Shown here piece after piece: positions 47,948 to 61,679 of a DNA stretch of 64,000 nt (its first letter is position 1; the number at the start of each line of letters is the position of its first letter). The translations under genes were made by a program, and so were the position numbers. The DNA comes from Octopus bimaculoides. Its lineage: Eukaryota. The notes below the pieces were generated by a model. The model did no database searches. It saw nothing but the letters and a program-made list of their open reading frames with translations, and was not told the DNA's origin. The DNA lies in assembly GCF_001194135.2 (NCBI RefSeq), contig NC_069006.1, positions 24,882,134-24,946,133 of the forward strand, read 5' to 3'.

Positions 47948-50900
47948 TAGCTTATTGCATGAAGGAGATACACACACAGACACACACACGTGTGAGTTAA
48001 TGTATGTTATCTGACATTGATCAAGTGAAATAAGAAGCTTTGATTACAGAGAGAAGTATTTTTCTGTTTTCACTTTCTGCACCTTTACCCCCCCCCCCCC
48101 ATCCACCACCATCTCCCTGGACAGCAAACAAAACAGAAATCAACTATCTGCTAATCACTGTGGTTGTTTAGCCCAAGGTAAGTCCTGGTTGAGCAGACAT
48201 ATGATCATAGACGTTCCAGCAATAACCATCCTNNNNNNNNNNNNNNNNNNNNNNNNNNNNNNNNNNNNNNNNNNNNNNNNNNNNNNNNNNNNNNNNNNNN
48301 NNNNNNNNNNNNNNNNNNNNNNNNNNNNNNNNNNNNNNNNNNNNNNNNNNNNNNNNNNNNNNNNNNNNNNNNNNNNNNNNNNNNNNNNNNNNNNNNNNNN
48401 NNNNNNNNNNNNNNNNNNNNNNNNNNNNNNNNNNNNNNNNNNNNNNNNNNNNNNNNNNNNNNNNNNNNNNNNNNNNNNNNNNNNNNNNNNNNNNNNNNNN
48501 NNNNNNNNNNNNNNNNNNNNNNNNNNNNNNNNNNNNNNNNNNNNNNNNNNNNNNNNNNNNNNNNNNNNNNNNNNNNNNNNNNNNNNNNNNNNNNNNNNNN
48601 NNNNNNNNNNNNNNNNNNNNNNNNNNNNNNNNNNNNNNNNNNNNNNNNNNNNNNNNAGTTGCAGGTATTGTATAGATGGCAGGTGGTGGGGAGGGAGAGG
48701 GAGTGGAATCAGGGAGTTGAGATGACTAGAGGTTTTGAGGGAGAAGACAGGTGATGGTGAGCGGTTAAAAGAGAGAAGTTATTTACATCCGGATTAATCC
48801 TGAGATCAAACAGACCTCTAATCAAAGATGCTCCAGCTGTGACCATCCAGTCTTTATTTCAGGCACAATCTATCAAGGACTTCATTTTTTTCTTTTGTCT
48901 TTTTCTTTAGAGCAGTGGGATGTAATCCCAACGAAGAATCGATCGTTCTTTATCGCAAAACAAGTGACTATGTAGAGGCCCAAATATTCCACCTGTTTTA
49001 TGATCAAACTGACCACATCTGTCTTCTCACACCTACCCTGCAATGTCATTCTAAAAATAAACAATCAAATCATTGAAATCTCAAAGTTATGAGATAATGC
49101 ATGACTAATTCAAAACAATATGAATAAACAAGCATTACATTTGATCAAGTAATCAGGATAGGAAAGGGCTAAAACCATGCCCCCCACTGCTACAGGTGAT
49201 TAACCACATGGAAGACCATAAAGCCAAAATATCAGGCCTGCAGTTTGTGCTCCTAATATTTGCTCAGTTACTATTGTGGCCTAGGTCAGCTCCAGGGACC
49301 GTTACGCCACTTCGTCTCTACCGATTCCAATATATTACTGGCCACACTCTCTTGAACTTATCAAATCTACTTTTAAAGTGCTGCCGACCCCTTCGTGTTC
49401 CACACAGAATCAAACTGGAAAACGGTCGTAAAATTCTGAGTGGAGAAAATTCAAACGTGATCAAAACATTAGTCACAGAAGTTCTCACTAAGTTTATTTC
49501 TCATAGAATACAACAGCTTGTAGAACTCAAGAAGAGCCGAAATCAATATATGCTAAACGCTGATATGTCAGACAGGGCTCTTGCTAGCTTGTCATGTTAG
49601 CTTCTGCGTAGTTTTAAAAAAAAAAGAGAGAGAGAGAGAGGAAAACAGACCACACCTACATATATGAACACGGAGCTATCTGGGACACAATGTACTGTCT
49701 TGTATAGGTGGTTGTGGCTGTGGTGGTGGTTGTTAGCTACCACCAATACCACCAGTTAGGTGGTGGCTGTTTAGAGCCGTCAAGCTGACATCATCGATAT
49801 TTGGTGATGTACAAGAATCTGGGAAAATATCAGAATAAAAAGGAGAGGACGGGAAGAGGGACAGGAGGTGGACAGCTCAAAAATTTATTCATGACACACA
49901 AGAGAATATGAGAAGAATTCTAATGAGGAAGAAGCATTTCAATTTGAAAAGCAAGAGTTTCAAAAGATCTGAGGTAGCCAGGGTTAGTGTGTGTGTACGT
50001 ACACATATATCATTATCATAATTTAGTATCCATTTTTCCATGCTAGCATGGGTTGGAAAGTTTGACAGAAGGTGTCCAGCTCAAGGCCTCTCCAGGCTCT
50101 GTGTCTGTTTTGGTTTCTACAGTTGGATACCTTTCCCAATGCCAACCTCATTAGATGGTACTAGGTACTTTCTACGTGGCACCGACATGGGAACTTTTAC
50201 AAGGCACCGCAATGGGCTTTTATGTGGTATTGACATGGAGGGCTTCTAGCATGGAAGCTGTTTTTTGTGGCACTGGCACTGTGGCTTCTATATCCTTTTA
50301 TACTATACTTGAGTTGGATCTACAGTTTGTATTGAATCCAGTACCTTTGTGTACATCTACATTTCTTTACGTGTACTCGTCCATTCCTGGACCAAGCTGT
50401 GTGTTGTGTTCTTGAGCAAAGCACTTCATTTCACATTGCTCCAGTCCACTCAGTTTGTAAAAAAGAGTAATCCTGCAAACAGACTGGCATCCCATCCAGG
50501 GAGGAATATATATGCCAGAGAAACCGAGAAAATGGTCCTATGGTCTTTACAGAGTAATGAGGACTAACCATGCATAAAAATAATGAAGAATGCATTAAAG
50601 AAACTTTATCCATTATTGAAGTTGGTGCTTGGAATTTCAATTAACATGAAAATTTGAGGGGAGATTTTAATATAGAACAATTTCAAACAGAAAGAACCAA
50701 GAATGGTCTCAGAGTGAGACCATAACTGGCCATATGTTAGATCTGACCAGTTAGACCAAAAAACTGGTAGAATACTTGGGCCAGTAATAGTGATTCAACC
50801 CTTTAGCATTAAAATTACTGTCAGATGTAATGCTTATTTATCCACATGGTTTTGAATTAATTATGGATTATCTTGTAGATTTGAGACTTCCATAATGTGA

Positions 50901-53900
50901 TTGTATTTGATATTTATATAGTTTCTTACAGCTGATGGTCCTTGAGGACATAAGTGTGTGCATGTGTTTGTATCCTTTAGTTGTTATTTTAGCCACGCGA
51001 ACAAACCATCTGGTTGCTCAAAGGTTCAAAGTGCAAAGACTAGTGGACTGAAGTACTTCACTTGAAAACAAGGGTTGGCACCAGGAAGTGTATCCAGCTG
51101 TAGAATACAGCCTTGACAATCCTCAAACCTGGCCGAAATCGAAAAAGTCCATGTAAGAAAATACCAATGACACAAATGGTAAAATAAATAAATAAATAAA
51201 GACTAAATTAGAATCGGTACAAGGTTCTACATTTGGACAGAAATCAATAGTGGGAGACTGAAAAGATGTGTAGCTTAGTGGTTAGAGTATTTGGCACATG
51301 ATTGTAAGATCCATGAGTTTAATTCCCAACAGCATGTTGTATCCTTGAGCAAGACACTTTATTTCTTGTTGTTCCAGTCCACTCAGCTAGCTAAAGTGAG
51401 TTGTACTTGTAGTTCAAAGGGCCAGCCTTGTCATGTTCCATCTCACGCTGAATCTCCCTGATAACTACATTAAGGGTACGCATGCCTATGGAGTACTCAA
51501 CCACTTGCATGCTAATTTCATGACAAGGCTGTTCTGTTAATGGGATCAACTGGAACAATTGTTGCCATAACCGATGGAGTGCCAATTACAAGTCATCTAG
51601 ATACATTATTTACATTTGATGGATATTTGTCCTCATCTTGTTTGTTGTTAACACAACATTTCGGCTGATATACCCTCCAGCCTTCATCAGGTGTCTTGGG
51701 GGAAATTTTGAAATACCCGACAAATGTAAATAATGTACATAATTCCTCGTCTCTCAAATATGAAACTGCAAGCCATCTAGGGTTTGAAACATTAGCTCAA
51801 TTGGTGAAGGTTGTACTGGGTGATGGTGCCATGTGAAAAGCACCCAGTACACTCTGTAAAGAGGTTGGCATTAGGAAGGACATCCAGTTGTAGAAACCAT
51901 GCTGAAACACACAATGGAATCTGGTGTGGTCCCTGGCTTTATCAGCTCCTGTCAAACCATCCAACCCATGCCAGCATGGAAAACACACACTAAATAATAA
52001 TGGTGATGATGAAGATTCTTCTGGTGTCAGAAATGGCATGTCAGCTCCTTCATACACTTGTCCTCGTTAACATTACAAATGAAGAAAAAGGGGTTAAGAA
52101 AATAAGCCATTTGACAATTAAGATTATTTTTTTTTTTTTTGTTTATGTCACTTTGTTTTAAGCCAAGGAAAGACAGATTCAGCCCCCACCCCCCACAGAA
52201 CCCTTCAGTTTTGATAGAAAAATGACAGTAATGTTTCCGACATAATTGACTTGAGTTACTTTGAGGAGAAGCAGCCCCACCGGCTCTCCTCCTCCACACA
52301 CACACACACACACCATATGTTCGCTCACAGGGATGATATATATGTCAAAGATACCAAAATTGCTCTGATACCATTTTTAGATATTCAAAAGCTTGAAGGA
52401 ATTATCTCACCTTAAAAGATATTATCATTATTAGTAACAGTTTTTCTTACTTTTTCCCCCCTTTTTTTTCTTTCATTTCTGCCATTTAAAAAACAACAAC
52501 TTATGTCTGATTTATTTAATTAAAGACAAACAGCGGAACAAACGGGGGGAAAAAAACGCAGGTTCATTCCTAAGATCCCTCTTCTCTCTAAACTATTAAC
52601 CTGTGTGTCAAAACCGTTTCCTGACCTTTATCACTGTCTCCCACACCACTGTTCATACTGTCCACCACACCCACTAACCATTATTATTACTATCATTATC
52701 ATTTATTCCTTACTTGTTCCAGTCATTACACTGTGGCCATGCTGGGGCACTGCCTTGAAGAATTTTTTAGTCAAACTAACCCCAATGCTTATTTTTTCTA
52801 AGCCTGATACTTATTTTATAAGCCATACATGCACACACACACAAATATATACACATACATGTACACTCACATGTGTACACACACACACACACGTACACTC
52901 ATATATACACATGCACACACATGCATACACACATACACACTCACTTGTACACACATACATATACGCATGTACGCATATACACACACATGCATACACACAA
53001 CAGAAAATAGTTCACTGATTGATAACATTGCCCTCAACATGATGGAAACATGGGAAAGGTCCATACACTTTACTATTTATTACATGGTGGGGAGGGAAGC
53101 AAAATAAAATAAAAACTCCTCTTCTATGTAAAGAGGAAATCATTACGATTGTAGCAGCTTATGCAAGTTGGTGGCCATCAGAGATATATATCAGCGAAAT
53201 AACTACTGCAAGGCTAGCAAAAATGATCGATCAGTCCATGTAAGAAAGAATGCAGAGAAAACAAACAGCAACATTATTATGTAAGAATACAAGTGAATTA
53301 AAGAGTGTTGCAAACTAATACACTTGGAGGTTGCAGTGAGTTAATTGCTAATCATAGCAGCATGGATGTATGAAGATTTGGTGTGGGGGGNNNNNNNNNN
53401 NNNNNNNNNNNNNNNNNNGGGGGGGGTCCCACACTGTATTTTATTTACTCTTTCACATGCTTCAGTTCATTTGACTGTGACCATGCTGGAGCACCGCCTT
53501 TAGTCGAACAAAATTGACCACAGGACTTATTCTTTGGAAGCCTATCGGTCTCTTTTGCCAAACTGCTAAATTTTGGGGATGTAAACACACCAACATCAGT
53601 TGTCAAGTAACGGTGGTGGGGACAAACAGACAAAAAAAGACACACATACATAAATATATATAATCAGCCCACTCAAAGGTACCTTGGATTGTAGGGTGAC
53701 ATGCTGTGCCTGAAGAAACCTATTGAGTTAGGTACATCAAAAGCAAAATCAAATGGAAATTGTAGCTGTGATCCCCATGCCGGTGGCACATAAAAAAGCA
53801 CCCACTACACTCTCGGGGTGGTTGGCGTTAGGAAGGGCATCCAGCTGTAGAAACATTGCTAGATCAGACTGGAGCCTGGTGCAACCTCCTGGCTTCCCTG

Positions 53901-54120
53901 ACCCCAGTCGAACCGTCCAACCCATGCTAGCATGGAAAGCAGACATTAAACAATGATGATGATGATGATACATGACGGGCTTCTTTCAGCTTGCATCTAC
54001 CAAATTCACGTTGGCTGGCCCAAGACTATAGAGGCTATAGTAAAAGACACTTGACCAAGGTGCCATGCAGTGGGACTGAACCCAGAACCATGTGGTTGGG
54101 AAGCAAGCCACACCTGTGCC

Positions 54121-54680
54121 TTCATTATTTTCAAAACTAACCGAAACAATGGTAATATATTTCAGCCGAAATATAACAAAAGAATTAAAGTGAGCTCAAT
54201 TAAAATCTCGCATCAGAATTTCATGTTAATTTATGTTCCAATTTGATAATGGCAAATTTATTTTGTTAAAACTCTTCATTAGTGTCAAAGTTAATTGAAA
54301 CAAAAGACAGTATATTTCAACTGAAATATGGCAACTGAAAAGGTCAAAGTGATCTAACTTAAAATCTTTCAAAATTCCAAGTAAATTTATGTTCCAGACA
54401 GCAGATTAATTAATGTCAAATTATTTTGCTAAATTCTTCATTATTTTCAAAATTAATTTAAACAAAGGCAGTGTTATTTCAACAGAAGTATGGCAACAAA
54501 ATGGTTAAAGTGATCTAAATTAAAACCCTCCAATTAAAATTTCATGTTAATTTGCATTCCAAACACCAGATTAATAAATAATGAAATTAATCTTACTGAA
54601 TGCTTCATTATTTCTCCCAAATTAATTGAAACAAAAGCTGCATATTTTCAACAAAAATATGGTAACAAAAGCGTGAAACA
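54121..54680. repeat. ~160-bp tandem array (about 3.4 copies) derived from MITE family A
   Basis: aaagtga anchors at 54187, 54346 and 54507. The unit matches the duplicated segment of 8973-9354. Confidence 0.75.
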
Positions 54681-55635
54681 TATGATCTTTGGAGAAGCAA
54701 TGAATAGAGGAACAAATGTCAAGAAGATCCAAAAGTTCAGTTAGTGTCTTCTACTATGGCCCTGGGCCAACTAAAGCTTTGCAAGTGGATTTGGTAGAGA
54801 GAAACTGAAAGAAGCCCATCATCTATATATGAATACACACATACAAATGATTTTTTGGACAATAACTGACGAGACCAGAGCATGTCCATGTCTTGTCCAT
54901 GAATTTTCTGTTCGTTCCTTAGTAATGCTTCTGTTTCGGAAATTGTGTCCTCCCCCCAACCTCACCATATGACAACCAGTGTTGTTTCGTTTACATCCCC
55001 ATAACTTAGTTTCTGCAAAAGAGACTGATATAACAAGTAGCAGGCTTTATTGGGGTTGATTTGTTCAACTGAAATGCTTTAAGTTGGTGCTCCAGCATGG
55101 CTGCAGTCTGATGATTGACAAAAATAAAAGGTAAAAAGTGCAAATAGTCTTGATAATTAGAGCAACAACAACAAAATTTTCTTTTGTCCATTAACAAGTC
55201 GCCCACCAGACTTGTTTTCATCGGAGCTGGAAACAGGCAGCTACTATGGTAAACTTAGTAGGCAGGTACTGTGTAAGTACCAAGGGATGTACTTTTAAAT
55301 AAGTCCTCATTAGTTTAAGGGGACACCAAGAGCAACAACGGGCTTTTATTTCAAAGCCATACAGCAGCATCAGCTCTCTCGCATGTGATCTGTTTAGCTA
55401 ACCTTTTGTAGGTCAGTTGTAACTAGGTCAGTTTACAACCTGACACAGCCTACATGGGGCTTGGGGTCATTTTAGTACAGAATCTATACTCAGGTGTAAA
55501 GGGAGCAGAAACATCAGAGCCCATCAGTTCAGCCATTATGGCCCCCACTACCCTAGTGCACAGTCTTCAACACATGTAATTAAATCTGTGAAAAAGGTTA
55601 TTGTTTGGTCTCTTTTATTTGTGTCTTATAATTTA

Positions 55636-55671
<36 letters not shown>

Positions 55672-57033
55672 GACAGGATTCCTTCAGTTTCCATTTACCA
55701 GATCCACTCACAAGGCTTTGGTTGGCCCGAGACTATAGTAAAAGACACTTGCCCAAGGTGCCACGAAGTGGGACTGAACCTGGAACTATGTTTGTCCCCC
55801 ATCGCTGCTTGACAACTGGTACTGGCGTATTTACATCCCCGTAACTTAGCAGTTCAGCAAAAGAGACCGACAGACTAAGTACCAGGCTTAATAAAAAAAA
55901 GAGTAAAAACAGTTAAGTACTGGGTGGATTTGTTTAGCTAAACTTCTTTGAGGTGGTGCCCCAGCATGGCAGCAGTCTAATGACTGAAAAAAGATAAAAG
56001 ATTAAACTGCTGTTTTGGGACATAAGAAAAAGATCTTACGTAAAATAATGATGGCAGAGTCAAAAAAGTAAAAAAACACAAAACAGAAACAGTTGACGGT
56101 AATTGACGTCATGTTCTTATCAATGTTGTCAATATCAGAGCAAAACCAATTACTACCGGTTTTCTCCAGATACAAATATAATTTTGATCTATATTACACA
56201 GTATTACATAGGTGCAGAAGGTATTGATGTATGGTTAAAAAGCTTGCTTCCTAACTAAGTGGTTTCAAGTGTCACCTGCCCACAGCACCACTGCAAGGTA
56301 CCCTGGGCAAGTGTCTTCTATTCTAAGCTTGATCAATGTCTTGTGAGACACCATCTTCACAGTCATTGCTACAATGCATACCAGGTCCATGCCATCAGTA
56401 ATTACTCAGGGTAGGCAGTTGGCGACCTTTATGTGTGGCCCCTGTCTTCTGCCAAGTCCAATGAAACCACCCAACTCATGATGCCAGCATGAAAAACAGA
56501 CATTGAATGTTGATGATGATGATGATGATACCTGTGTACAGAGAGAAGTCAATATGAAAGCAATCAGCCATGTAGCACATCATCTTTTCATTACCAACAC
56601 CAGGTCAGTGTGAAGGTGTCTACCTCAGGTAAATCCCACAATTATCGAACTTGTCCCTACTTGTCCACCACATCTTATTGACAATACCTCACATAAACAT
56701 AACAGATGAGAGACAGAAAGATTGCTTTTCTTTCTCCCTTATAAATAAATATACAAACATATACATACATACACACACACACATATATATATATACATAC
56801 ACACATATATGCACATACATATGCACATATATATGCACATGCACATGCATGTATATGAAAATACACATATGCACATGTATGCATACGCATATTGTTTCCA
56901 TAACAGAAAGAAGTTTTAAAAAAATAATAAAAGCAAGCAAAATGTAAACAAAAGGTGAAAGATATCGAATCATGTTGCTGCTTGCTCAGCAATGACAGCT
57001 TTAACAACAACAGCAGCAGCCTGTTGTTTGCGG

Positions 57034-57082
<49 letters not shown>

Positions 57083-57713
57083 TCAAATAGGTCAACAATG
57101 CAAGGTTGATGCATGCTGTTATTTTGATCATTCCAAGCTACCTTTTATCATTTACTTGTTTCAGTCATCAAACTGTGGCCAAGCTGGGGCACCACTTTGA
57201 GGAATTTTGTTTTTTTAATCAAATCAGTTGAGCCCAGTAGTCTTGTTTTTTTAAAAAGCCTGGTACTTATACTGTTGGTCTCTTTTGCTGAACCACTAAG
57301 TTACAGGGACATAAACACACCATTACCCGTTGTCAAGAGGTAGTGGGCTGACAAACACAGACAAAGACCACCCCTGCTATATATATAAATATATATAAGG
57401 CGTGGGTGTGTGGTAAGAAGCTTGCTACCCAACCACATTGCTCTGGGTTCAGTCCTACTGTGTGACACCTTGGAATGTGTCTTCCACTATAGACGGAAAG
57501 TGAAAAAAGCCCATTGTATATATGTGTGTGTCTGTGTTTGTCCCTCCCGCACCATCGCTTGACAACCGATGTTGGTGTGTTTATATCCCTGTAACTTAGC
57601 AGTTCAGCAAAAGAGACTGATAGAATAAGTACTAGGCTTATAAGTACTGTGGCTGATTTCTTCAACTAAAGGCGGTGCTCCAACATGGCTGCAGTCAAAT
57701 GACTGAAACAAGA

Positions 57714-57744
<31 letters not shown>

Positions 57745-58552
57745 CACACAGAGAGGCTTCTTTCAGTTTCCATCACAAGGCTAAAGTAGAAGATCCTTGC
57801 CCAAGGTTCCACACAGTGGGACTGAACCCAAAACCATGCAGTTGGGGAAGCAAGCTTTTTACCACACATCCACACCCACATCTACCTTTACTCTAATTCT
57901 CTAACATCTTTGAAGTTGCAACTGTTTTTATCTCACCATATTATCTCATTTATTAAAAAAAAAAAAAGAAAAACACAAGTGGCCAATAAGTGCTGATTTT
58001 CAGGATGACAGTTTTAATTAATCTGGAGCCACTGATTGGAGTGGGGGAGTGGTGGTGGTGATGGTGGGGATGTCGGCACGTCATGCTGCACTTCACTACG
58101 AATAGTGAGGCTAACGAGATACTGTTTTAAAAACAAACTTCAGATTATCTCGAGAGAAATAAAAGTTTTTTTTTTTTTGCGAAGATGCCATCCAACATAA
58201 GAAACAATAATTAAGTCAGCACTAATATTAATGTACCAAACATTTAATGAGCTAATTTGAAATAATTATGCAGAGAAAACGAGGAAAAAAAACAACTTTA
58301 GCAATTCATCATTGTTTTAATGTCTACTTTTCTATCCTTGCATGGGTCAGATGGAATTTGTTGAGGCAGATTTTCCTTGGACAGATGCCCAACAATCAAG
58401 GTAATATTTCCTCAAGTCTGGACTTGCTTCTGTGGAGAAGTTGGTTAGAAAAGACAGCACCCGAGCGAAAGTGGTTGGGAAGCAAGCTTCTTGCCACTCA
58501 GCCACTCTGGCCACTGCCTTAAAAGAAAAGAAAAAAAAAACACAAATAGCTC

Positions 58553-58912
58553 CCGGAGTGGCTGAGTGGTAAGAAGCTTGCTTCCCAAGCATCTTGGTTT
58601 GGGTTTCAGTCCCACTGTGTGGCACCTTGGGCAAGTGTCTTCTACTTTAGATTTGGGTCAACCAAAGCCTTGCAAGTGGATTTAGTAGACTGAAACTGAA
58701 AGAAGCCCATCATATATGTGTGTGTGTCCACCATTGCTTGACAACTGATGTCGGTGTGTTTACATCCCCATAATTAAAGTGGTTTGGCACAAGAGACCGA
58801 TAGAATAAGTACCAGGCTTACAAAGAATAAGTTCTGGGGTCAATTTGTTAAACTAGAAGGTGGTGCTCCAGCATGGCCACAGTCAAATGACTGAAACAAG
58901 TAAAAGAATAAA
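58553..58912 (+). mobile_element. Near full-length SINE, family 1 (forward)
   Basis: A-box-like TGGCTGAGTGG at 58559-58569, B-box-like TTCAGTCCC, then the family body and an A-rich tail. Confidence 0.8.
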
Positions 58913-59395
58913 TATCATTCAACCTTGAATTCTATGAAGAGGTACTTCACCTCCTCCATGAATGCACCATGTTAGCTACAAGCCGTAGTCACATGACCCC
59001 TGCATTTATAACCAGTATGAACTGAAGACTTCAATACAATCCATTTCATTTTCATGTTTTTTATTCTATACATGGGTGATTTTATGATTGTTATTCAGAG
59101 TTTAAAAATGATAAGAAGGCCAGCAGATGAATAAAATATAAAAACCATATAAAGCAAAGTGATCAGCAGAGTGTGCGTGATGGTGGTGGAAACGGTAGTG
59201 ATAATAATAATAATAATAATAATAAAGTAGTGTGTGTTATTTTATCAAGTCTGTCTCCTTCACAGTTTTAATAAGTTGGTAGCAGTTTAGAGGTGATTGG
59301 TAGTAAAAAAAGACATGTTAACAAGCTGACATATGAGAGGTCAAGCAGGAACTAAAAGCCAGAACAAACAAAAATATAAAACTTTATATGGATTT

Positions 59396-59461
<66 letters not shown>

Positions 59462-60157
59462 AATGCTATAAATAAATCCATATAAAGTTATATATATATG
59501 TTAACCAGCTGACATATCTCTATAGACCTTCTCTTTAATTAGCACTAGGTTGGTTGTTATTGTTTAACCCCAGGCTGGTTCTGATCGAGTAGATTTATAG
59601 CATGCCGATAGTTGGCCAACTAACTAGGGGTGACTAAAGATTTGTTGTAGTGAAGGCAGTGTGGTTTAATGGTTAAGATATTTGGCTCACAATTGCATGG
59701 TTGTGCATTCAGTTCCCGGTGGCATGTTGTGGCCTTGAGCAAGAGACTTTATTTCACATTGCCCCAGTTCCACTCAGCTGGCAAAAATGAGTTGTACATG
59801 TAATTCAAAAAGGTCAGTCTTTACTCTAACTCTCTAAAACCTCTCACAAAGCTTTAGTCAAATCGGGGCTGTAGAAGACACTTGCCCAAAGTGCCAAGCA
59901 GTGAGACTGAACCCAAAACCATGTAGTTGGGAAGCAAGCTTCTTATCACACAGCCACTTCTGCGCCTATATATTATATAAACACACACACACACAACGGG
60001 CTTCTTTCAGTATCCATCAACCAAATCCACTCACAAAGCATTGGTCAATGTGGAGGCGATAGTAGGAGACACTTGCCCAAGGTCCCAAGCAGTGGGATTG
60101 AACCCAGAACCATGTGGTTGGAAAGCAAGCTTCTTACCACACAGTTACGCCTGTGCC

Positions 60158-60188
<31 letters not shown>

Positions 60189-61359
60189 GTGTGTGTGTGT
60201 ATATAAACACACACACACACACATTCTTCATACATAAAAATAAAATCGACCATTTCTTGGTATTGACTAAAATTCACGTTCCTGTTATTCAAGCAAACAA
60301 TTCTGAACAGTCATAAAATACTAGGGTAACAGACTGAGCACTCTTAACACGCTTGGATCACATGTAGGAGACACGAGAAGAGGGAAGGATCTTAGAAATA
60401 CAGCTACAGGCCACATGGGGGCTGCCAATGTCTCCATCCACTCAATTTCACCCCACACGGCCCAAACTGCAAGGCCTGGCCTGGCTCTCCTTTGGTTAGA
60501 ACACCAAGTGCTCCAGTTGATTTGATCAGTCAAACAGCCTGCTAATGAAATGAATGTGCAAGTGGCCGAGTGCTCCACAGACATGCAGATGAGTCCTGGG
60601 GTTGATTTGTTCGACTAAAAAATGCAGTGCTCCAGCATGGCAGCAGTCAAATGACTGAAACAAGTAAAAAATAAAAGAATACACACACATATCTAGATAG
60701 GGAGATAGAGAATTATATATAAATTTGCAAGACACCCTCAGCCCCAAACACACACACACACACCTCTCCCCCACTTCTGTATTGATTGCTTTAAAGAAAG
60801 CTTTGTCTGTAAGTCAGAGGAGGAGGAAGAAGGGGAGGTAGGAGGAGAGGGGAGGCAATAAAGTGAAGATTGGAGGGGAGAGAAATGGTTATTCGGTGCA
60901 AAGTGGGAGCCGCAACAGCTGGCCAAAGATGTTTATCCTTGGAGCCAGTTTATTATTTTATTTTTTTTCAAGAACACCACCAGTTCAAAGCTTGGAATCC
61001 CATTAGACATTATTTTGCATAGATAAACACAAGATGTTGAATATTTTCTGTTACATTACTTTTGACACGTGGGTAGGTGGGGGTGGGGGAGTGCAATGAG
61101 GTGGGGAAAAAGAAAAAGAGAGAAAAAAGACATGGCCAATGAATTGATCATGGAGCTATGATGCTTGCTTAATGGTTAAAAAAAAAGCAGAAAAAAGTTA
61201 TGATGTTCTCGCAGAAAAACACACATACACACAAAACTGCTTCGTTATAATAATGATGATGATTTAATGACTGCTGAGTTAAAACTGACCTGTCCAAACT
61301 ACACGCCAGCTTGGTAAAGTGAACACAATGATGATGACGATGTTTGTATTGAAATGTAA

Positions 61360-61630
61360 TCCTGGTCGAGGCCAGCCCCACCGTCCCGACTGGCTCCCGT
61401 GTCAGTAGCATGTAAAAAGCACCATTCGAACATGGCCGATGCCAGTGCCGCTGGAACATAAAAAGCACCCACTACACTCTCAGAGTGGTTGGCATTAGGA
61501 AGGGCATTCAGCTGTAGAAACCTTGCCAGCTCAAATTGGAGTCTGGTGTAGCCTCCTGGCTTTCCAGTCCCCAGTCAAACCGTCCAACCCATGCCAGCAT
61601 GGAAAACAGACATTAAATGATGATGATGAT
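61360..61630 (+). mobile_element. Retroposon 3' fragment with (GAT)n tail; many copies, e.g. 17640-17870, 21300-21500, 36700-36900, 53750-53970
   Basis: Repeated ggttggcgttaggaagggcatccagctgtagaaac...ccaacccatgccagcatggaaa.cagacgttaaa(cgatgat)n. Confidence 0.65.
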
Positions 61631-61642
61631 ATATATCATCAT

Positions 61643-61679
<37 letters not shown>

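Noticed and set aside
49196-49600. 134-aa + strand ORF, possibly a decayed DNA-transposon fragment
   Set aside because: No diagnostic motif or TIRs that I can confirm.
51600-51770. Possible Penelope-like terminal fragments (also ~3380-3560)
   Set aside because: Only short motif resemblance from memory; not supportable without a library search.
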